Positions 26,734-37,549 are shown, counted from the first letter of the stretch. The stretch: DNA of 64,000 bases from an uncultured Eubacteriales bacterium (GCA_900554275.1 USGS01000001.1:5036-69035), one strand, 5' to 3'. Program-made: numbers and translations. Notes: generated from the sequence alone by a model not told the origin.

Positions 26734-27642
26734 TCACTTTTTCCGCTTCCGACGGCAGCGCACCGGCTCATTTCGCCGCGCGCTGCGCAGCGCCGAGCGC
26801 TCCTGCTCCGTCACCTGGGGCACAGTCCGCCGCCCCTGCCACTGGCCGTCCTTCCGCTGTACCACCGCCATACGCACGGGAAACCGCCCGTGCTCCTCGC
26901 AGCAGAACGTGCCGTAATACAGCTCCTTCCCCTGGGGATACCAGCAGCTCACCGTGCCCCGGCGCTGGCAGATGGGGCAGGTCACGAACCGCGCCGAACG
27001 GCTGTTCAGCACATCCTCCCGGTCCGGACAGCACTCCGTCCGCTGCCGGGCCTGCTTCGGATACTCCAGCGTTGTCAGCGATCTGCCCCGCACCCGGCGC
27101 GCCTTCTCCTGCTTCGGCTCTTCCACCGCCTCCGGCTTGATCCAGCCGCTGACCAGCGCCGCATACATGGCGTCGTGCAGCGCGTTGTGGTACTCAAACA
27201 CCTCCGGTATCCCGCAGTACGCCACCGCGTTCTCCAGCGCCAGCCGCCGCCCCGTACCGATGCCCAGCGTGCGGTTGAACGACGCCTGCAGGTCCACGTA
27301 TTCCGGCATCTCCAGCAGCGGCAGCTTCCACAGCCGGGCGTTTTTCGTCAGCACGCCGTCGTCCTGTCCGCCCCAGCCGGCAAACACCGTCTCGCCGCCG
27401 CACCACGCCAGGAACGCCTCATACCCCTCCGCAAAGGGGACACCCTCCGTCATGGACAGCCTGCCGTCCGGCAGCTTCCGGGCGATGGGCGACAGCTTTT
27501 TCTGTATGGCCGGTTTTATGTAAACATTAAAGCGCCCCGACAGCGGCGCACCCAGGTGGTCCAGCCGCACCGCGCCGATCTGCAGGATCTCCTCCATCCC
27601 GCCGCCGTAGGGCTGACTCCACTCCAGATCCAAAACGATCAT
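26734..27642 (-). CDS. DEDD-family 3'-5' exonuclease domain protein with C-terminal Cys-rich/basic tail
   Basis: MIVLDLEWSQ...EILQIGAV (Exo I), YHNALHDAMY (Exo III). Confidence 0.7.
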   Translation of the reverse strand: MIVLDLEWSQPYGGGMEEILQIGAVRLDHLGAPLSGRFNVYIKPAIQKKLSPIARKLPDGRLSMTEGVPFAEGYEAFLAWCGGETVFAGWGGQDDGVLTKNARLWKLPLLEMPEYVDLQASFNRTLGIGTGRRLALENAVAYCGIPEVFEYHNALHDAMYAALVSGWIKPEAVEEPKQEKARRVRGRSLTTLEYPKQARQRTECCPDREDVLNSRSARFVTCPICQRRGTVSCWYPQGKELYYGTFCCEEHGRFPVRMAVVQRKDGQWQGRRTVPQVTEQERSALRSARRNEPVRCRRKRKK

Positions 27643-27953
27643 CGTACTCCACGCTCTCTCCTGTGAAAATATAAATTCCTCCGTATTGTATCACTTTTCC
27701 CCCTGCCGCGCAACCTCCTTCACGTTCTCCCATTTTTTGGAATTATGTAAGCCCGGCTTGCGCGGCGGCCCGTCCCCGTTTCCCCTTCCCATGTGCAAAA
27801 CTCGCGCAAATCTACGCAAAATATGCACAAAAGGGCTCTGCTGAGAAATTGAAAACTCCCACCCCTCGATGATATACTATATGTGTTAAATTGCGCGTTC
27901 CACCGTGCGCGTGCGCCGTTTCCATTTCCTTTGCATGGGATGTGAGAATTGCT

Positions 27954-30200
27954 ATGGAGCTATGCCGTATGTCCGCTGTGTTCGCCGCCGCCGATGCCGC
28001 GCGTCCCCCTCACAGCGACCCCACTCAGGCTATTTATATCGTTCTGGCCGTCCTGCTGGTCATCGCCGTTCTGGTAATGCTCCGCATGAGCGGCCTGCTT
28101 CGCGCGCTGCGCCGCCAGCGGAACGACAGCGTCCCTGCCGATGACCTGCTGGGTGACAACAGCCGCTTTCTCCGCCGGGATAACCTGGTGGGCTCGTTCC
28201 GCATCGACCTGACGGCGGATACCGTTTCCGGCGGCTGTAAGCCCGTTTTTGGGTTCCCCTCCAACCGCTACGACGGCCCGCTGGACGAGCTGGCCGACCG
28301 TATGCGCCGGCTGGTGCATCCCTCCATGCAGGACGCCTTCTTCAACCAATTCCGCCGTCAGAACCTGCTCTTCCTCTACGACAGCGGCACCTACTCCGTC
28401 CGCGAGCCCTATCTCTTCCTGCTGGAGGGCAAGGGCTACGCCTGGCTCCGCATCTACGCCGAGCTGAACCGCGACCCCCACACCGGCCACATCATGGCTT
28501 TGGGCTACGGCCTGGACATCAACCGCCTCAAGCGCCTGGAGGAGATCGGCGAAACGCTCATCACCACCGAGTATACCCGCATGGGCCTGCTGGATGCGCA
28601 CTCCGGCTGGTATCTCCCCTTCCGCACCGGCCACGAGCTCTCCGGCACGGTGGACGAGGACGCCGGCTTCCGCAGCTACGAGGGCGATATGCTCCATGAC
28701 CTCGAGAGCCTTATGTACCCTGCGGAGTACAAGGACCTTCGTCCCTCTCTTTCGCTGGACCGCATCGTCGCCGCCCTGGAGCACCAGCCCTTCTACGACC
28801 TGACGTTCCGCACCGCTCCCACGGCGGAGCGCCCCATGCGCTACCTGAAGCTGCGCTACCGCTACCTCAACGACCTGCGGGAGAGCATCGTCATCACCTC
28901 TGTGGACATCTCCGCCCTGGTGGCCACCACCATCGACCCCCTTACCGCCCTCTACAACTCCCACGGCTTCGTCCAGCGTGTGGACGGCTGGCTGCAGGAC
29001 AACCCGGGCCGCCCCTACCGCCTGATCTTCTTCGACTTCGACGATTTCCGCTACATCAACGCCACCTTCGGCCACCAGGCCAGCATGGACCTGCTCCATG
29101 ACAGCGGTCTCCACCTCCACGAGCACGACGGCCCGAGCTCCTTCTCCGGCCACCTGAACTCGGGCCAGTTCGTCCGCTTCTGCGCCGTGGACGACGGCCT
29201 CACCCCGGAGGAGAGCTACGCCCTGTTCCTCAAGCACTATCGCCGCTACAAGCTGGATTACCCCATTCATATCCACGTGGGCGTCTACGACCTGTGCGAG
29301 CCGGACTGCGACGCCTACACCATGATCTACAAGGCCCTGCTGGCCCAGCAGACCATCCTCGGCGACCAGACCCGGCGCATCGCCTACTACACCGCGGACA
29401 TGGGCGAGCGCTCCCAGCGGCGGCACACACTCCTCAGCGATGTGCGCACTGCCCTGGAGGAGGATCAGTTCCAGGTCTGGTTTCAGCCCCAGTTCAACTA
29501 CACCAGCGGCACCCTCATCGGCGCGGAGGCCCTGGTGCGCTGGCAGCATCCCACCCGCGGCCTGGTCTCCCCCGGCGAGTTCATCCCTCTGCTGGAGCAC
29601 AGCAACCTGATCTCCCGGCTGGACCGCATCGTGTGGGAAAAGGCCTGCCGCTGGGTCAGGCGCTGGAGCGATATGGGCCTTCACTTCCCCGTGTCCGTCA
29701 ACATCTCCCGCAACGAGCTGCAATTTCACGACCTGTGCGGCGGCCTCATCAGCCTGACCTCCCGCTATCAGCTTTCCCCCTCCCAGCTCCATTTGGAGAT
29801 CACGGAGAGCATCTGCGCGGAAAACACCGAGCTCATGTCCCTTCAGATCGCCCGCCTGCGTCAGGCCGGCTTCACCGTGGAGCTGGACGACTTCGGCGCG
29901 GGCCATTCCTGCCTGAACATTCTGAAGGACATCCCCGTGGACGTGCTGAAGCTGGACATGAAGTTCCTCTCCGGCTACAAGGACGACGACCGCACCCGCA
30001 CCATCCTCTCCTCCGTGATTTGGATGGCCCGCGGCCTGAACACCGAGGTCATCGCCGAGGGCGTGGAGACGGAGCAGCAGGCCCAGGGCCTGCGCCGCCT
30101 GGGCTGCCGCCGGATGCAGGGCTACTGGTTCGCCCGCCCCATGACGCCGGAGGAGCTGGAGCACCACCTTCTCTCCGGCGAATACAAGCTCTTTGAATGA
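27954..30200 (+). CDS. Membrane-anchored c-di-GMP phosphodiesterase: TM - degenerate GGDEF-like - EAL domain (start uncertain, ORF from 27891)
   Basis: EAL motifs GAEALVRW, EITES, ELDDFGAG, EGVETE..Q; no intact GG(D/E)EF motif in middle domain. Confidence 0.75.
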   Translation: MELCRMSAVFAAADAARPPHSDPTQAIYIVLAVLLVIAVLVMLRMSGLLRALRRQRNDSVPADDLLGDNSRFLRRDNLVGSFRIDLTADTVSGGCKPVFGFPSNRYDGPLDELADRMRRLVHPSMQDAFFNQFRRQNLLFLYDSGTYSVREPYLFLLEGKGYAWLRIYAELNRDPHTGHIMALGYGLDINRLKRLEEIGETLITTEYTRMGLLDAHSGWYLPFRTGHELSGTVDEDAGFRSYEGDMLHDLESLMYPAEYKDLRPSLSLDRIVAALEHQPFYDLTFRTAPTAERPMRYLKLRYRYLNDLRESIVITSVDISALVATTIDPLTALYNSHGFVQRVDGWLQDNPGRPYRLIFFDFDDFRYINATFGHQASMDLLHDSGLHLHEHDGPSSFSGHLNSGQFVRFCAVDDGLTPEESYALFLKHYRRYKLDYPIHIHVGVYDLCEPDCDAYTMIYKALLAQQTILGDQTRRIAYYTADMGERSQRRHTLLSDVRTALEEDQFQVWFQPQFNYTSGTLIGAEALVRWQHPTRGLVSPGEFIPLLEHSNLISRLDRIVWEKACRWVRRWSDMGLHFPVSVNISRNELQFHDLCGGLISLTSRYQLSPSQLHLEITESICAENTELMSLQIARLRQAGFTVELDDFGAGHSCLNILKDIPVDVLKLDMKFLSGYKDDDRTRTILSSVIWMARGLNTEVIAEGVETEQQAQGLRRLGCRRMQGYWFARPMTPEELEHHLLSGEYKLFE

Positions 30201-30221
30201 TCATCAAGAAAGGAGGCGCGT

Positions 30222-31914
30222 TATGGCCTATATGCGTTTGGGCGACCTGCTGATCGCCGCCGGTGCGATCACCGACGAGCAGCTGCAAACCGCGCTGCAA
30301 GCCCAAAAAAACAGCGGCCAGCGGCTGGGCGACGTGCTCATCGACAGCGGCATCATCACCCAGCGTCAGCTCATCGACGCCCTGCAGCTGCAGCTGGGCG
30401 TGGACTACATCGACCTGACCCGCGTCTCCATCCCGGTGGAGCTGGCCAAATACGTCCCCCGGGCCATCGCCAAAAAATACTGCGTCGTCCCCGTCAAGCT
30501 GGTGAAGGACGAGCTGTACGTGGCCATGAGCGACCCGCTGGACTTTATGGCCCAGGAGGAGCTGAAGGCCGCCTCCCGCAAGCAGATCATCCCCATGATC
30601 TCCACCCGCCGGGCCACGGAGCAGGCCATCGCCACCCTCTACGGCAACGAGGGCACAGCCCGCGTCATCGAGGAGATGAAGCGGGAGGCCGGCGACACCG
30701 GTGCGGACATCGTTCCCGCTCAGATGGTCTCCGGCCCGGAGGACGCCGACGCCGCGCCCACCATTCGCTTCGTCAACTCCCTCATCGAGCGGGCGTTCAG
30801 CGAGCGGGCCAGCGACATCCATCTTGAACCTCAGGACGGCGAAATGGTGGTCCGTATGCGTATCGACGGTCTGCTCCACAGGATGCTCACCGTCCCCGCC
30901 AACCTGCAAAGCACCGTTATCTCCCGCCTGAAGATCATGGGCGGTATGAATATCTCCGAGCGCAAGATCCCCCAGGACGGCCGGGCTATGATCCGCCTCC
31001 GCCAGCACGAGCTGGATCTGCGTATCTCCTCCATGCCCACCATCTACGGCGAGAAGATCGTCCTGCGCCTGCTGGACAAGTCCCGCCGCGACATCAGCCG
31101 GGAGAGCCTCGGTCTCACCGGCGAGGACCTGCGGAAATACGACGCCCTGCTGCAGAACAGCTCCGGCGTTATCCTCATCGTCGGCCCTACCGGCTCGGGC
31201 AAGTCCACCACCATGTGCGCCATGCTCCAGCAGCTTTCCAGCGAGGAGACCAACATCATGACGCTGGAGGACCCGGTGGAGTACGACATCCCCGGCGTCA
31301 GCCAGTGTCAGATCAACGAAAAGGCGGGCATGACCTTTGCCGCCGGACTGCGGGCCATCCTCCGGCAGGACCCGGACATCATCTCCGTGGGCGAGATCCG
31401 GGACGGCGAGACCGGCTCTATCGCCATCCGCTCCGCCATCACCGGCCACCTGGTGCTGTCCACCCTCCATACCAACGACGCCGTCTCCGCCATCCCCCGT
31501 TTGGTGGACATCGGCGTAGAGCCTTACCTCATCGCCAACGCCCTTCGGGGCGTCATCTCCCAGCGGCTGGTGCGCCGCATCTGCCCCCACTGCAAAAAGC
31601 CCTACCGCCCCGGCGGCGACGAGCTGGATCTGCTGAAGCTGCCCGACGACGCCGACGTGACGTTCTACCGCGGCGAGGGCTGCCCCGAATGCCGCCACAC
31701 CGGCTACCACGGCCGCCGGGCCGTGTTCGAGATCCTCACGGTGAACAACGGCCTGCGCCGCCTCATCAGCCGGGGCGCCGACTACGACGCGCTGCTGAAG
31801 GCCGCCGCCGACACCGATTTCACCTCCATGCGGGACAACTGCCGCCAGCTGGTGCTGGCCGGTGAGACCACCGCCGCCGAGGCCGCCCGCGCCATCCATT
31901 CCACCATCGACTGA
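30222..31914 (+). CDS. pilB: Type IV pilus assembly ATPase PilB (GspE family with N-terminal MshEN/T2SSE_N domain)
   Basis: Walker A GPTGSGKST, Asp box, His box, tetracysteine CPHC...CPEC; AAAGGAGG RBS. Confidence 0.9.
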
Positions 31915-31927
31915 GGAGGTCCGCGCC

Positions 31928-32986
31928 ATGCTCTCCCTGAACCAGCTTTTGGAAAAGGCCCACGGCCTGCACGCCTCCGACGTCCATCTCGTCTGCGGCC
32001 TGCCGGCCAAGTGCCGCATCGACGGCGCTGTCACCGACCTGACCGATGAGGTCCTTACCGCGCAGGACTGCGAGCTGTATGCTCGCACACTGGCCGGTAA
32101 CGTTTACGAGACCATGTCCTCCATCGGTGAGCTGGACCTGGCCCGTTCCTTCCCCGGCATCGCCCGCACCCGTGTCAACCTGTTCCGCCAGCAGGGCTGC
32201 GTCTCCGCCGCCATCCGTCTGCTGGCCGACCATATCCCCTCTTTGGAGGAGCTGTCCCTGCCCCCGGTGGTGGCCGATTTCGCCGCCTACCGCAGCGGCA
32301 TCGTCCTCGTCACCGGCGAGACGGGCTCGGGCAAATCCACCACCCTGGCCGCGCTGCTGGACCTCATCAACCACTCCCGCCCCGGCCACATCATCACCCT
32401 GGAGGACCCCATCGAGTACGTCTACACCCCCGACCGCTGCATCATCAACCAGCGGGAGATCGGCGCGGACACCCGCTCCTATGCCGACGGTCTCCGGGCC
32501 ATTCTCCGGGAAGACCCGGACGTGATCCTCATCGGCGAGATGCGGGATCTGAACACCATCGAGACGGCTCTCACCGCCGCCGAGACCGGCCATCTGGTCT
32601 TTGCCACGCTGCACACCAACTCCGCCGCCGATGCCGTTGACCGCATGGTCAACGTGTTCCCCGACGGGCAGCAAGCGCAGATACGGCTTCAGCTGTCCAC
32701 CACCCTCCGGGCCGTTTTGTCCCAGCAGCTCCTGCCCAAACGGGCCAGCTCCGGGCGCATCGCCGCCTGCGAGATCATGGTGGTCACGGATGCCATCCGC
32801 AACCTGATCCGGGAGGCCAAGACCCCTCAGATCGACAGCTTCATCACCATGGACGGCCGCAGCGGCAGCATCACCATGGACCAATCCCTTCGCCGCCTGG
32901 TGGAGGATCGCACCGTGTCCTTCGACACCGCCCTGTCCTACGCCCGCGACCGGGAGGCCTTCCAGGCCGCCGTCCGCCCCTATTGA
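31928..32986 (+). CDS. pilT: Type IV pilus retraction ATPase PilT
   Basis: 352 aa, GETGSGKSTT Walker A, PilT family pattern (AIRNLIRE). Confidence 0.9.
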   Translation: MLSLNQLLEKAHGLHASDVHLVCGLPAKCRIDGAVTDLTDEVLTAQDCELYARTLAGNVYETMSSIGELDLARSFPGIARTRVNLFRQQGCVSAAIRLLADHIPSLEELSLPPVVADFAAYRSGIVLVTGETGSGKSTTLAALLDLINHSRPGHIITLEDPIEYVYTPDRCIINQREIGADTRSYADGLRAILREDPDVILIGEMRDLNTIETALTAAETGHLVFATLHTNSAADAVDRMVNVFPDGQQAQIRLQLSTTLRAVLSQQLLPKRASSGRIAACEIMVVTDAIRNLIREAKTPQIDSFITMDGRSGSITMDQSLRRLVEDRTVSFDTALSYARDREAFQAAVRPY

Positions 32987-33009
32987 CCCGTCTCTCCCAC
33001 CGCGCTGTG

Positions 33010-33053
33010 TTGTCATTCCGAGCCAGTGACCGATGTCACTGGCGTGGGAATCC
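33010..33053. repeat. REP-like 44-bp intergenic element with 8-bp-arm hairpin ccagtgac-cgat-gtcactgg (second copy at 38094-38137)
   Basis: tgtcattccgagccagtgaccgatgtcactggcgtgggaatccg vs cgtcattccgagccagtgaccgacgtcactggcgtgggaatccg. Confidence 0.6.
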
Positions 33054-33089
33054 GTTCCCCCATCCCACTCCGAACCGAGGTGACGCCCC

Positions 33090-34298
33090 TTGACCACCTT
33101 CAAATACAAAGGTCTCTCCCCCGACGGCGCAAAGGTCGCCGGCGTCATCAAGGCCTACGACGAGTACGAAGCCGTCGCCCAGCTCCGGGAGACCTGCTCC
33201 GTGGTGACGAAGATCGAACCCGTCCCCGAGCAGCGCAGCGGCCCGATCACCATCGGCCGCAGGCGCATCAAGGACAAGGAGCTGGCCATCCTCTGCTCCC
33301 AGTTCGCCATCATCCTCACCTCCGGCCTGCCCATCGTCCGCTGCGTGGAGATGGTGGCCGCCCAGGCCCGCACCCGGGAGGTGCGCCAGCTGCTGGAGCG
33401 CGTGGCCGAGGACGTGTCCGGCGGCTACAGCCTGGCCCAGAGCTTTTCCAACGCCGGCACGCTGCTGCCCGTCACATTCATCGAGACCGTCCGGGCCGGC
33501 GAGCAGTCCGGCACGCTGGAGCTGTGCTTCCAGCGTCTCCACACCTACTACGACAAGTCCGCCAAGACCCGCGCCAAGCTGGTCAGCACCCTGACCTACC
33601 CCGTGCTGGTCCTCATCGTGGCGGCCATCGTCTTTCTCATCATCATGGTGGTGGCCGTCCCCATGTTCACCGCCGCCTTCGCGGAGATGGGCAGCGAGCT
33701 GCCCGCCGTCACCCGCGGCCTCATGGCCGTGTCCGGGTTCTTCCAGCACTACTGGTGGGCGCTCCTCCTCATCGTGCTGGTGATCCTCATCGTCCGTCTG
33801 CTGCTGCGCCGCAGCGAGCAGGGCCGCCTGTTCCTTGCCGCCGGCAAGCTCAAGCGCTCGCCCCTCCGCCGCCTGCACCAGATGAACGCCGCGTCCCAGT
33901 TCGCCTCCACCATGGCCACCATGCTCACGGCGGGCCTGCCCGTCACCCGGGCGCTGGAGGTCACCTCCGGCGTGGTCAGCAACTACCTGTTTGCCGACGC
34001 CGTCCGCCGCGTCCGTCAGGGCGTGGAGCAGGGCCGCGCCCTGGCCGACTGTATGCTCACCGACCCCGCCTTTCCCCGCCTGCTGACGGAGATGACCGGC
34101 GTGGGCGAGCGCTCCGGCAACCTGGAGCAGACCCTCACCGTCATCGGCGACTACTTCGACAACGAGGTCAGCGTCACCACCCAGCGGCTGCTGTCCCTCC
34201 TCGAGCCCGCCATCACCATCGCCCTGGCCGTCATCACGGTCGTCCTGCTGCTGGCGGTCTACCTGCCCATGTTCACCATGTACGGCAGTCTCATCTGA
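33090..34298 (+). CDS. pilC: Type IV pilus platform protein PilC (GspF family), TTG start
   Basis: 402 aa, two T2SSF repeats, 3 TM; GAGGTGA RBS. Confidence 0.85.
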   Translation: MTTFKYKGLSPDGAKVAGVIKAYDEYEAVAQLRETCSVVTKIEPVPEQRSGPITIGRRRIKDKELAILCSQFAIILTSGLPIVRCVEMVAAQARTREVRQLLERVAEDVSGGYSLAQSFSNAGTLLPVTFIETVRAGEQSGTLELCFQRLHTYYDKSAKTRAKLVSTLTYPVLVLIVAAIVFLIIMVVAVPMFTAAFAEMGSELPAVTRGLMAVSGFFQHYWWALLLIVLVILIVRLLLRRSEQGRLFLAAGKLKRSPLRRLHQMNAASQFASTMATMLTAGLPVTRALEVTSGVVSNYLFADAVRRVRQGVEQGRALADCMLTDPAFPRLLTEMTGVGERSGNLEQTLTVIGDYFDNEVSVTTQRLLSLLEPAITIALAVITVVLLLAVYLPMFTMYGSLI

Positions 34299-34377
34299 AC
34301 GAGTTGTATCTCGCCCCGGCAACCCTTTCAAGCGGGCGGTTACATAGATAAAAAAACACAAAAGGAGAAAAAACAAA

Positions 34378-34797
34378 ATGCTTTCCAAGATCAAGAAGAA
34401 TGAAAAAGGCTTCACCCTGATGGAGATGCTCATCGTCGTCGCCATCATCGCCGTCCTGGTGGCCATCGCCATCCCCACCTTCACCAGCTCCCTGAACAAG
34501 GCCAAGACCGCCACCGACGCCGCCAACATCCGCGCCGGCTATGCCTCCGCCATGCTGAAGGTCCTGGAGTCCGACATGGATGCTACTAAGCCCTCCATCA
34601 CTAACAATACTAAGTTCTACCTGCAGAAGGACGGCACCGTCAGCACTGAGACCACCAATGCTTACGTGTGCAAGGGCGCTTCCGCCGATGATGTCGATGT
34701 TGCCGGCCAGGGTGTCACCTGGGCTAAGGACAACAAGATAACCTACACCTATACCACTGCCGACGGCAAAGTGGCAATCGCTGCGGAAACCAACTAA
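34378..34797 (+). CDS. pilA: Major type IV pilin (prepilin, class III signal)
   Basis: KG|FTLMEMLIVVAIIAVL cleavage/methylation motif with E+5; strong RBS AAAAGGAGAAAAAAC. Confidence 0.8.
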   Translation: MLSKIKKNEKGFTLMEMLIVVAIIAVLVAIAIPTFTSSLNKAKTATDAANIRAGYASAMLKVLESDMDATKPSITNNTKFYLQKDGTVSTETTNAYVCKGASADDVDVAGQGVTWAKDNKITYTYTTADGKVAIAAETN

Positions 34798-34895
34798 CCC
34801 CCTCCCCCTCAACCCATGTACCCCTATATCACCTGCACCACAGAAGCCGAAGGGTTGCGGCTTCTGTGGTGCAGGCATCAGAAAGGATCGCCGCC

Positions 34896-35693
34896 ATGCT
34901 CTACCTCTCCCCCGCCATCACCGCCTACTGCTGCCTCCTGGCCCTGCTGCTGGGCGCCTGCATGGGCAGCTTTCTCAACTGCATGGCCTCCCGCCGGGTA
35001 CACGGCCAGTCCGCCCTCCGCGGCCGCTCCCACTGCGACGCCTGCGGCCACACCCTCGCCCCCCGCGACCTGATCCCCGTCCTCAGCTATCTGCTCTCCA
35101 AGGGCCGCTGCCGCTACTGCGGCGCGAAGCTCTCCCCCCGCCATCTGTGGGCCGAGGTCTGCACCGCCCTCACGTTCCTGCTGCTCCTGCTGCGCTATGA
35201 TATTTCGCTCCAAATGCTCCAAGCCCTGCTGCTGGCCTGCGTCCTGCTGGCCTGCGCCTTTGCGGATTTGGAGGGATATATCATCCCCGACCGGTATGTG
35301 CTGGTCGGCGTTGTCCTTCGTATCCCCTTTTTCTTCCTGCTCCCCGACCTGAAGGGCCAGCTCCTCAGCGCCGCCCTGGGCGGCTTCGCCGTAGGCGGCG
35401 GCCTGCTGCTGGTGGTGCTGCTCTATGAGAAGCTCCGCCGCGTGGACGCCATGGGCGGCGGCGATCTGAAGCTGCTGTTCCTCACCGGCCTGTACCTGGG
35501 CTGGCTGGAAAACCTGCTCTGCCTGCTGCTGGCCTGCCTGCTGGGCATCGTCTTCGGCCTGGCCACACAGAAGCGCCGCGCCGCCCGGGAAAATGCCCAT
35601 CTCATTCCCTGGGGGCCGTCTATCGCCGCCGCCGCCATTCTCACCCTGCTCTTTGGCGACGCCGTCACCTCCGCCTACCTCTCCCTCTTCTGA
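34896..35693 (+). CDS. pilD: Prepilin peptidase PilD (A24 family) with N-terminal zinc-ribbon
   Basis: CDACGHTL..CRYCGAKL; catalytic Asp-containing motifs (FADLEGYIIPD; GGGDLKLL). Confidence 0.85.
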   Translation: MLYLSPAITAYCCLLALLLGACMGSFLNCMASRRVHGQSALRGRSHCDACGHTLAPRDLIPVLSYLLSKGRCRYCGAKLSPRHLWAEVCTALTFLLLLLRYDISLQMLQALLLACVLLACAFADLEGYIIPDRYVLVGVVLRIPFFFLLPDLKGQLLSAALGGFAVGGGLLLVVLLYEKLRRVDAMGGGDLKLLFLTGLYLGWLENLLCLLLACLLGIVFGLATQKRRAARENAHLIPWGPSIAAAAILTLLFGDAVTSAYLSLF

Positions 35694-35704
35694 AGGCGCA
35701 CCCC

Positions 35705-35812
35705 CTTGGCTCTCCCTCTGGGAGAGCTGTCACCGCAGGTGACTGAGAGGGCCTTGGCTCTCCCTCTGGGAGAGCTGTCACCGCAGGTGACTGAGAGGGC
35801 CTTGGCTCTCAA
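35705..35812. repeat. 48-bp tandem direct repeat x2.25, each unit carrying two short palindromes (gctctccctctgggagagc; gtcaccgcaggtgac)
   Basis: cttggctctccctctgggagagctgtcaccgcaggtgactgagagggc repeated; between pilD and pilM. Confidence 0.7.
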
Positions 35813-35920
35813 CAGACCTTCCGCAGGGGGCGATGCCCACGCCGCGAAGCAAGTACCCTTGGGGTGCGCCGCCCCTCCCGCCCAAACCACAAACGCACCC
35901 CCGAAAGTGAGGTAATCCCC

Positions 35921-36919
35921 ATGCCCTCCAACATCATCGCCTTTGACATCGGCACAGCCCAGCTCAAGCTGGTTTGGTTCGCCGGTAAGACCTATAAGCT
36001 GGCCGTCTCCGCCCCTGTCCCCGACGGACTGGTCCGCGGCGGCGTCATCGTCTCCATGGACGCCATGGCGGACTTCCTTTGGCAGCTGGCCAAGGAAAAC
36101 GGCCTGCCCCGCAGGGCGCAGGCCGCCGTGGTGCTGCCCGCCGCCCTGACCTTCACCCGCGTCACCGAGCTGCCCCCCATGACCGCCGGCCAGCTGACCT
36201 ATAACCTGCCCTTCGAGTTCAAGGACTACCTGACCCATGAGAAGAACCAGTATTACTTCGACTACGCCGTGCAGGAGCTGACCCGCGATGAAAACGGCCA
36301 GGTGAAGCAGATGAAGCTCTTCGCCTGCGCCGCCCTCAGGTCCACCGTGGAGGACTACCGCAATATGTTCGCCCGTGCGGGCATGAGGCTGGTGTCCGCC
36401 ATCCCCGAGGAGGCCGCCTACGCCGCTCTGCTGGCCGCCGGCAGCGCCCAGCCGGGCAGCGACGCCGACCACTGTCTGGTGGACGTGGGCCACACCGGCA
36501 TCCGTATGTATGTCCTCCGGGGCGACCGCTTTATCACCCGCCGCACCATCGACCTGGGCGTGGCCGATCTGATCCGCTCCATCTCCCAGCGGCAGGGCGT
36601 GGACGAGCACATCGCCCTGGCCCACCTGCTCTCCGATTACGACGGCGCGACCACCGACCCCGCCAGCCTGGACATCTACCACCGCATGGCCGCCGAGATC
36701 ACCAAGGCCGTCAACTTCTACAACTACAACAACCGGGAAAAGACGCTGGAGCGCGTCTATCTCTGCGGCGGCGGCGCGGCCATCCCCCAAATACACGACG
36801 CCATCCGCCAGCTCACGGATTTGGAGATCATCCCTATCTCCGCCCTGCTGCCCGAGGGCGTCGCCCCCGACGCGCCCTATCTCTATCCCCGCGCCATCGG
36901 CTGCGCCCTGCAAGACTAA
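35921..36919 (+). CDS. pilM: Type IV pilus assembly protein PilM (actin-like ATPase fold)
   Basis: 332 aa; FDIGTAQLKL, PilM family; GAGGTAA RBS. Confidence 0.8.
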   Translation: MPSNIIAFDIGTAQLKLVWFAGKTYKLAVSAPVPDGLVRGGVIVSMDAMADFLWQLAKENGLPRRAQAAVVLPAALTFTRVTELPPMTAGQLTYNLPFEFKDYLTHEKNQYYFDYAVQELTRDENGQVKQMKLFACAALRSTVEDYRNMFARAGMRLVSAIPEEAAYAALLAAGSAQPGSDADHCLVDVGHTGIRMYVLRGDRFITRRTIDLGVADLIRSISQRQGVDEHIALAHLLSDYDGATTDPASLDIYHRMAAEITKAVNFYNYNNREKTLERVYLCGGGAAIPQIHDAIRQLTDLEIIPISALLPEGVAPDAPYLYPRAIGCALQD

Positions 36920-36931
36920 GGAGGTCTCGCC

Positions 36932-37549
36932 ATGAAAACCATATCCGGCGCTGCGTCCTCCCGTGTCAAAGCGCCAAAATACCCCAGCAAACGCACCGTC
37001 AACCTGGCCCAGCGGGAGAGCCATTCCCGCAGCACCCTCACCCTGTCCCTGGGTCTGCTCATCATCCTGCTTCTGTCCTTCTGTGTGGCCAACTTCGGCG
37101 TGCTCCGCCAGCTGGACCGCCAGCGGGCCGCCGAGCAGGCGTACAGCACCGCCCACTCCCAGTACACCGAGATGCAGACGGCGCTGGCGGACTACGACCG
37201 GGTGGAGCTGCAATACCGCACCTGGTCGCGTGCCTGGATGCACGATGAGAACTCCCCCGTCTACGTCCCCGTGGACCGCATGGAGGTGCTGGACCTGGTG
37301 CAGGAGTACCTGATGCCCTACGGCACGGTCAACACCCTGGTGGTGGATGAGGATGTGATGATCGTCACCATGTCCGGTATGAATTTGGAGCAGATCTCCG
37401 CCATGTTCCAGCGGCTTCAGCTCCAGCCCCCCGTCAAGGCCGCCACCCTGACCCTGGCCGCCACACCCAGCGTCAATCCCGGCGACAAGGTGGATTTCTC
37501 CATCACCGTCACCCTCCGGAGCACCGCAGAAAGGGAGGCCGCCCAATGA
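36932..37549 (+). CDS. pilN: PilN-like inner-membrane pilus assembly protein (single TM + coiled coil)
   Basis: TM helix LSLGLLIILLLSFCVANFGVL followed by coiled coil; position after pilM. Confidence 0.6.
   Translation: MKTISGAASSRVKAPKYPSKRTVNLAQRESHSRSTLTLSLGLLIILLLSFCVANFGVLRQLDRQRAAEQAYSTAHSQYTEMQTALADYDRVELQYRTWSRAWMHDENSPVYVPVDRMEVLDLVQEYLMPYGTVNTLVVDEDVMIVTMSGMNLEQISAMFQRLQLQPPVKAATLTLAATPSVNPGDKVDFSITVTLRSTAEREAAQ

Noticed and set aside
27960-30167. 735-aa minus-strand ORF
   Set aside because: Antisense to EAL/GGDEF gene, which has clear catalytic motifs; shadow ORF.
30049-32088. 679-aa minus-strand ORF and others (33036..34529, 35675..37546, 40830..42578, 43254..45290 minus; 18487..20088, 20409..22121, 22270..23472, 24376..25554, 26299..27666, 58316..59497, 59778..62273 plus)
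   Set aside because: All are antisense to genes with strong family signatures (pilB/pilT/pilC/pilM, GLUG protein, polysaccharide enzymes, LysR, P-type ATPase); high-GC stop-codon depletion artefacts.
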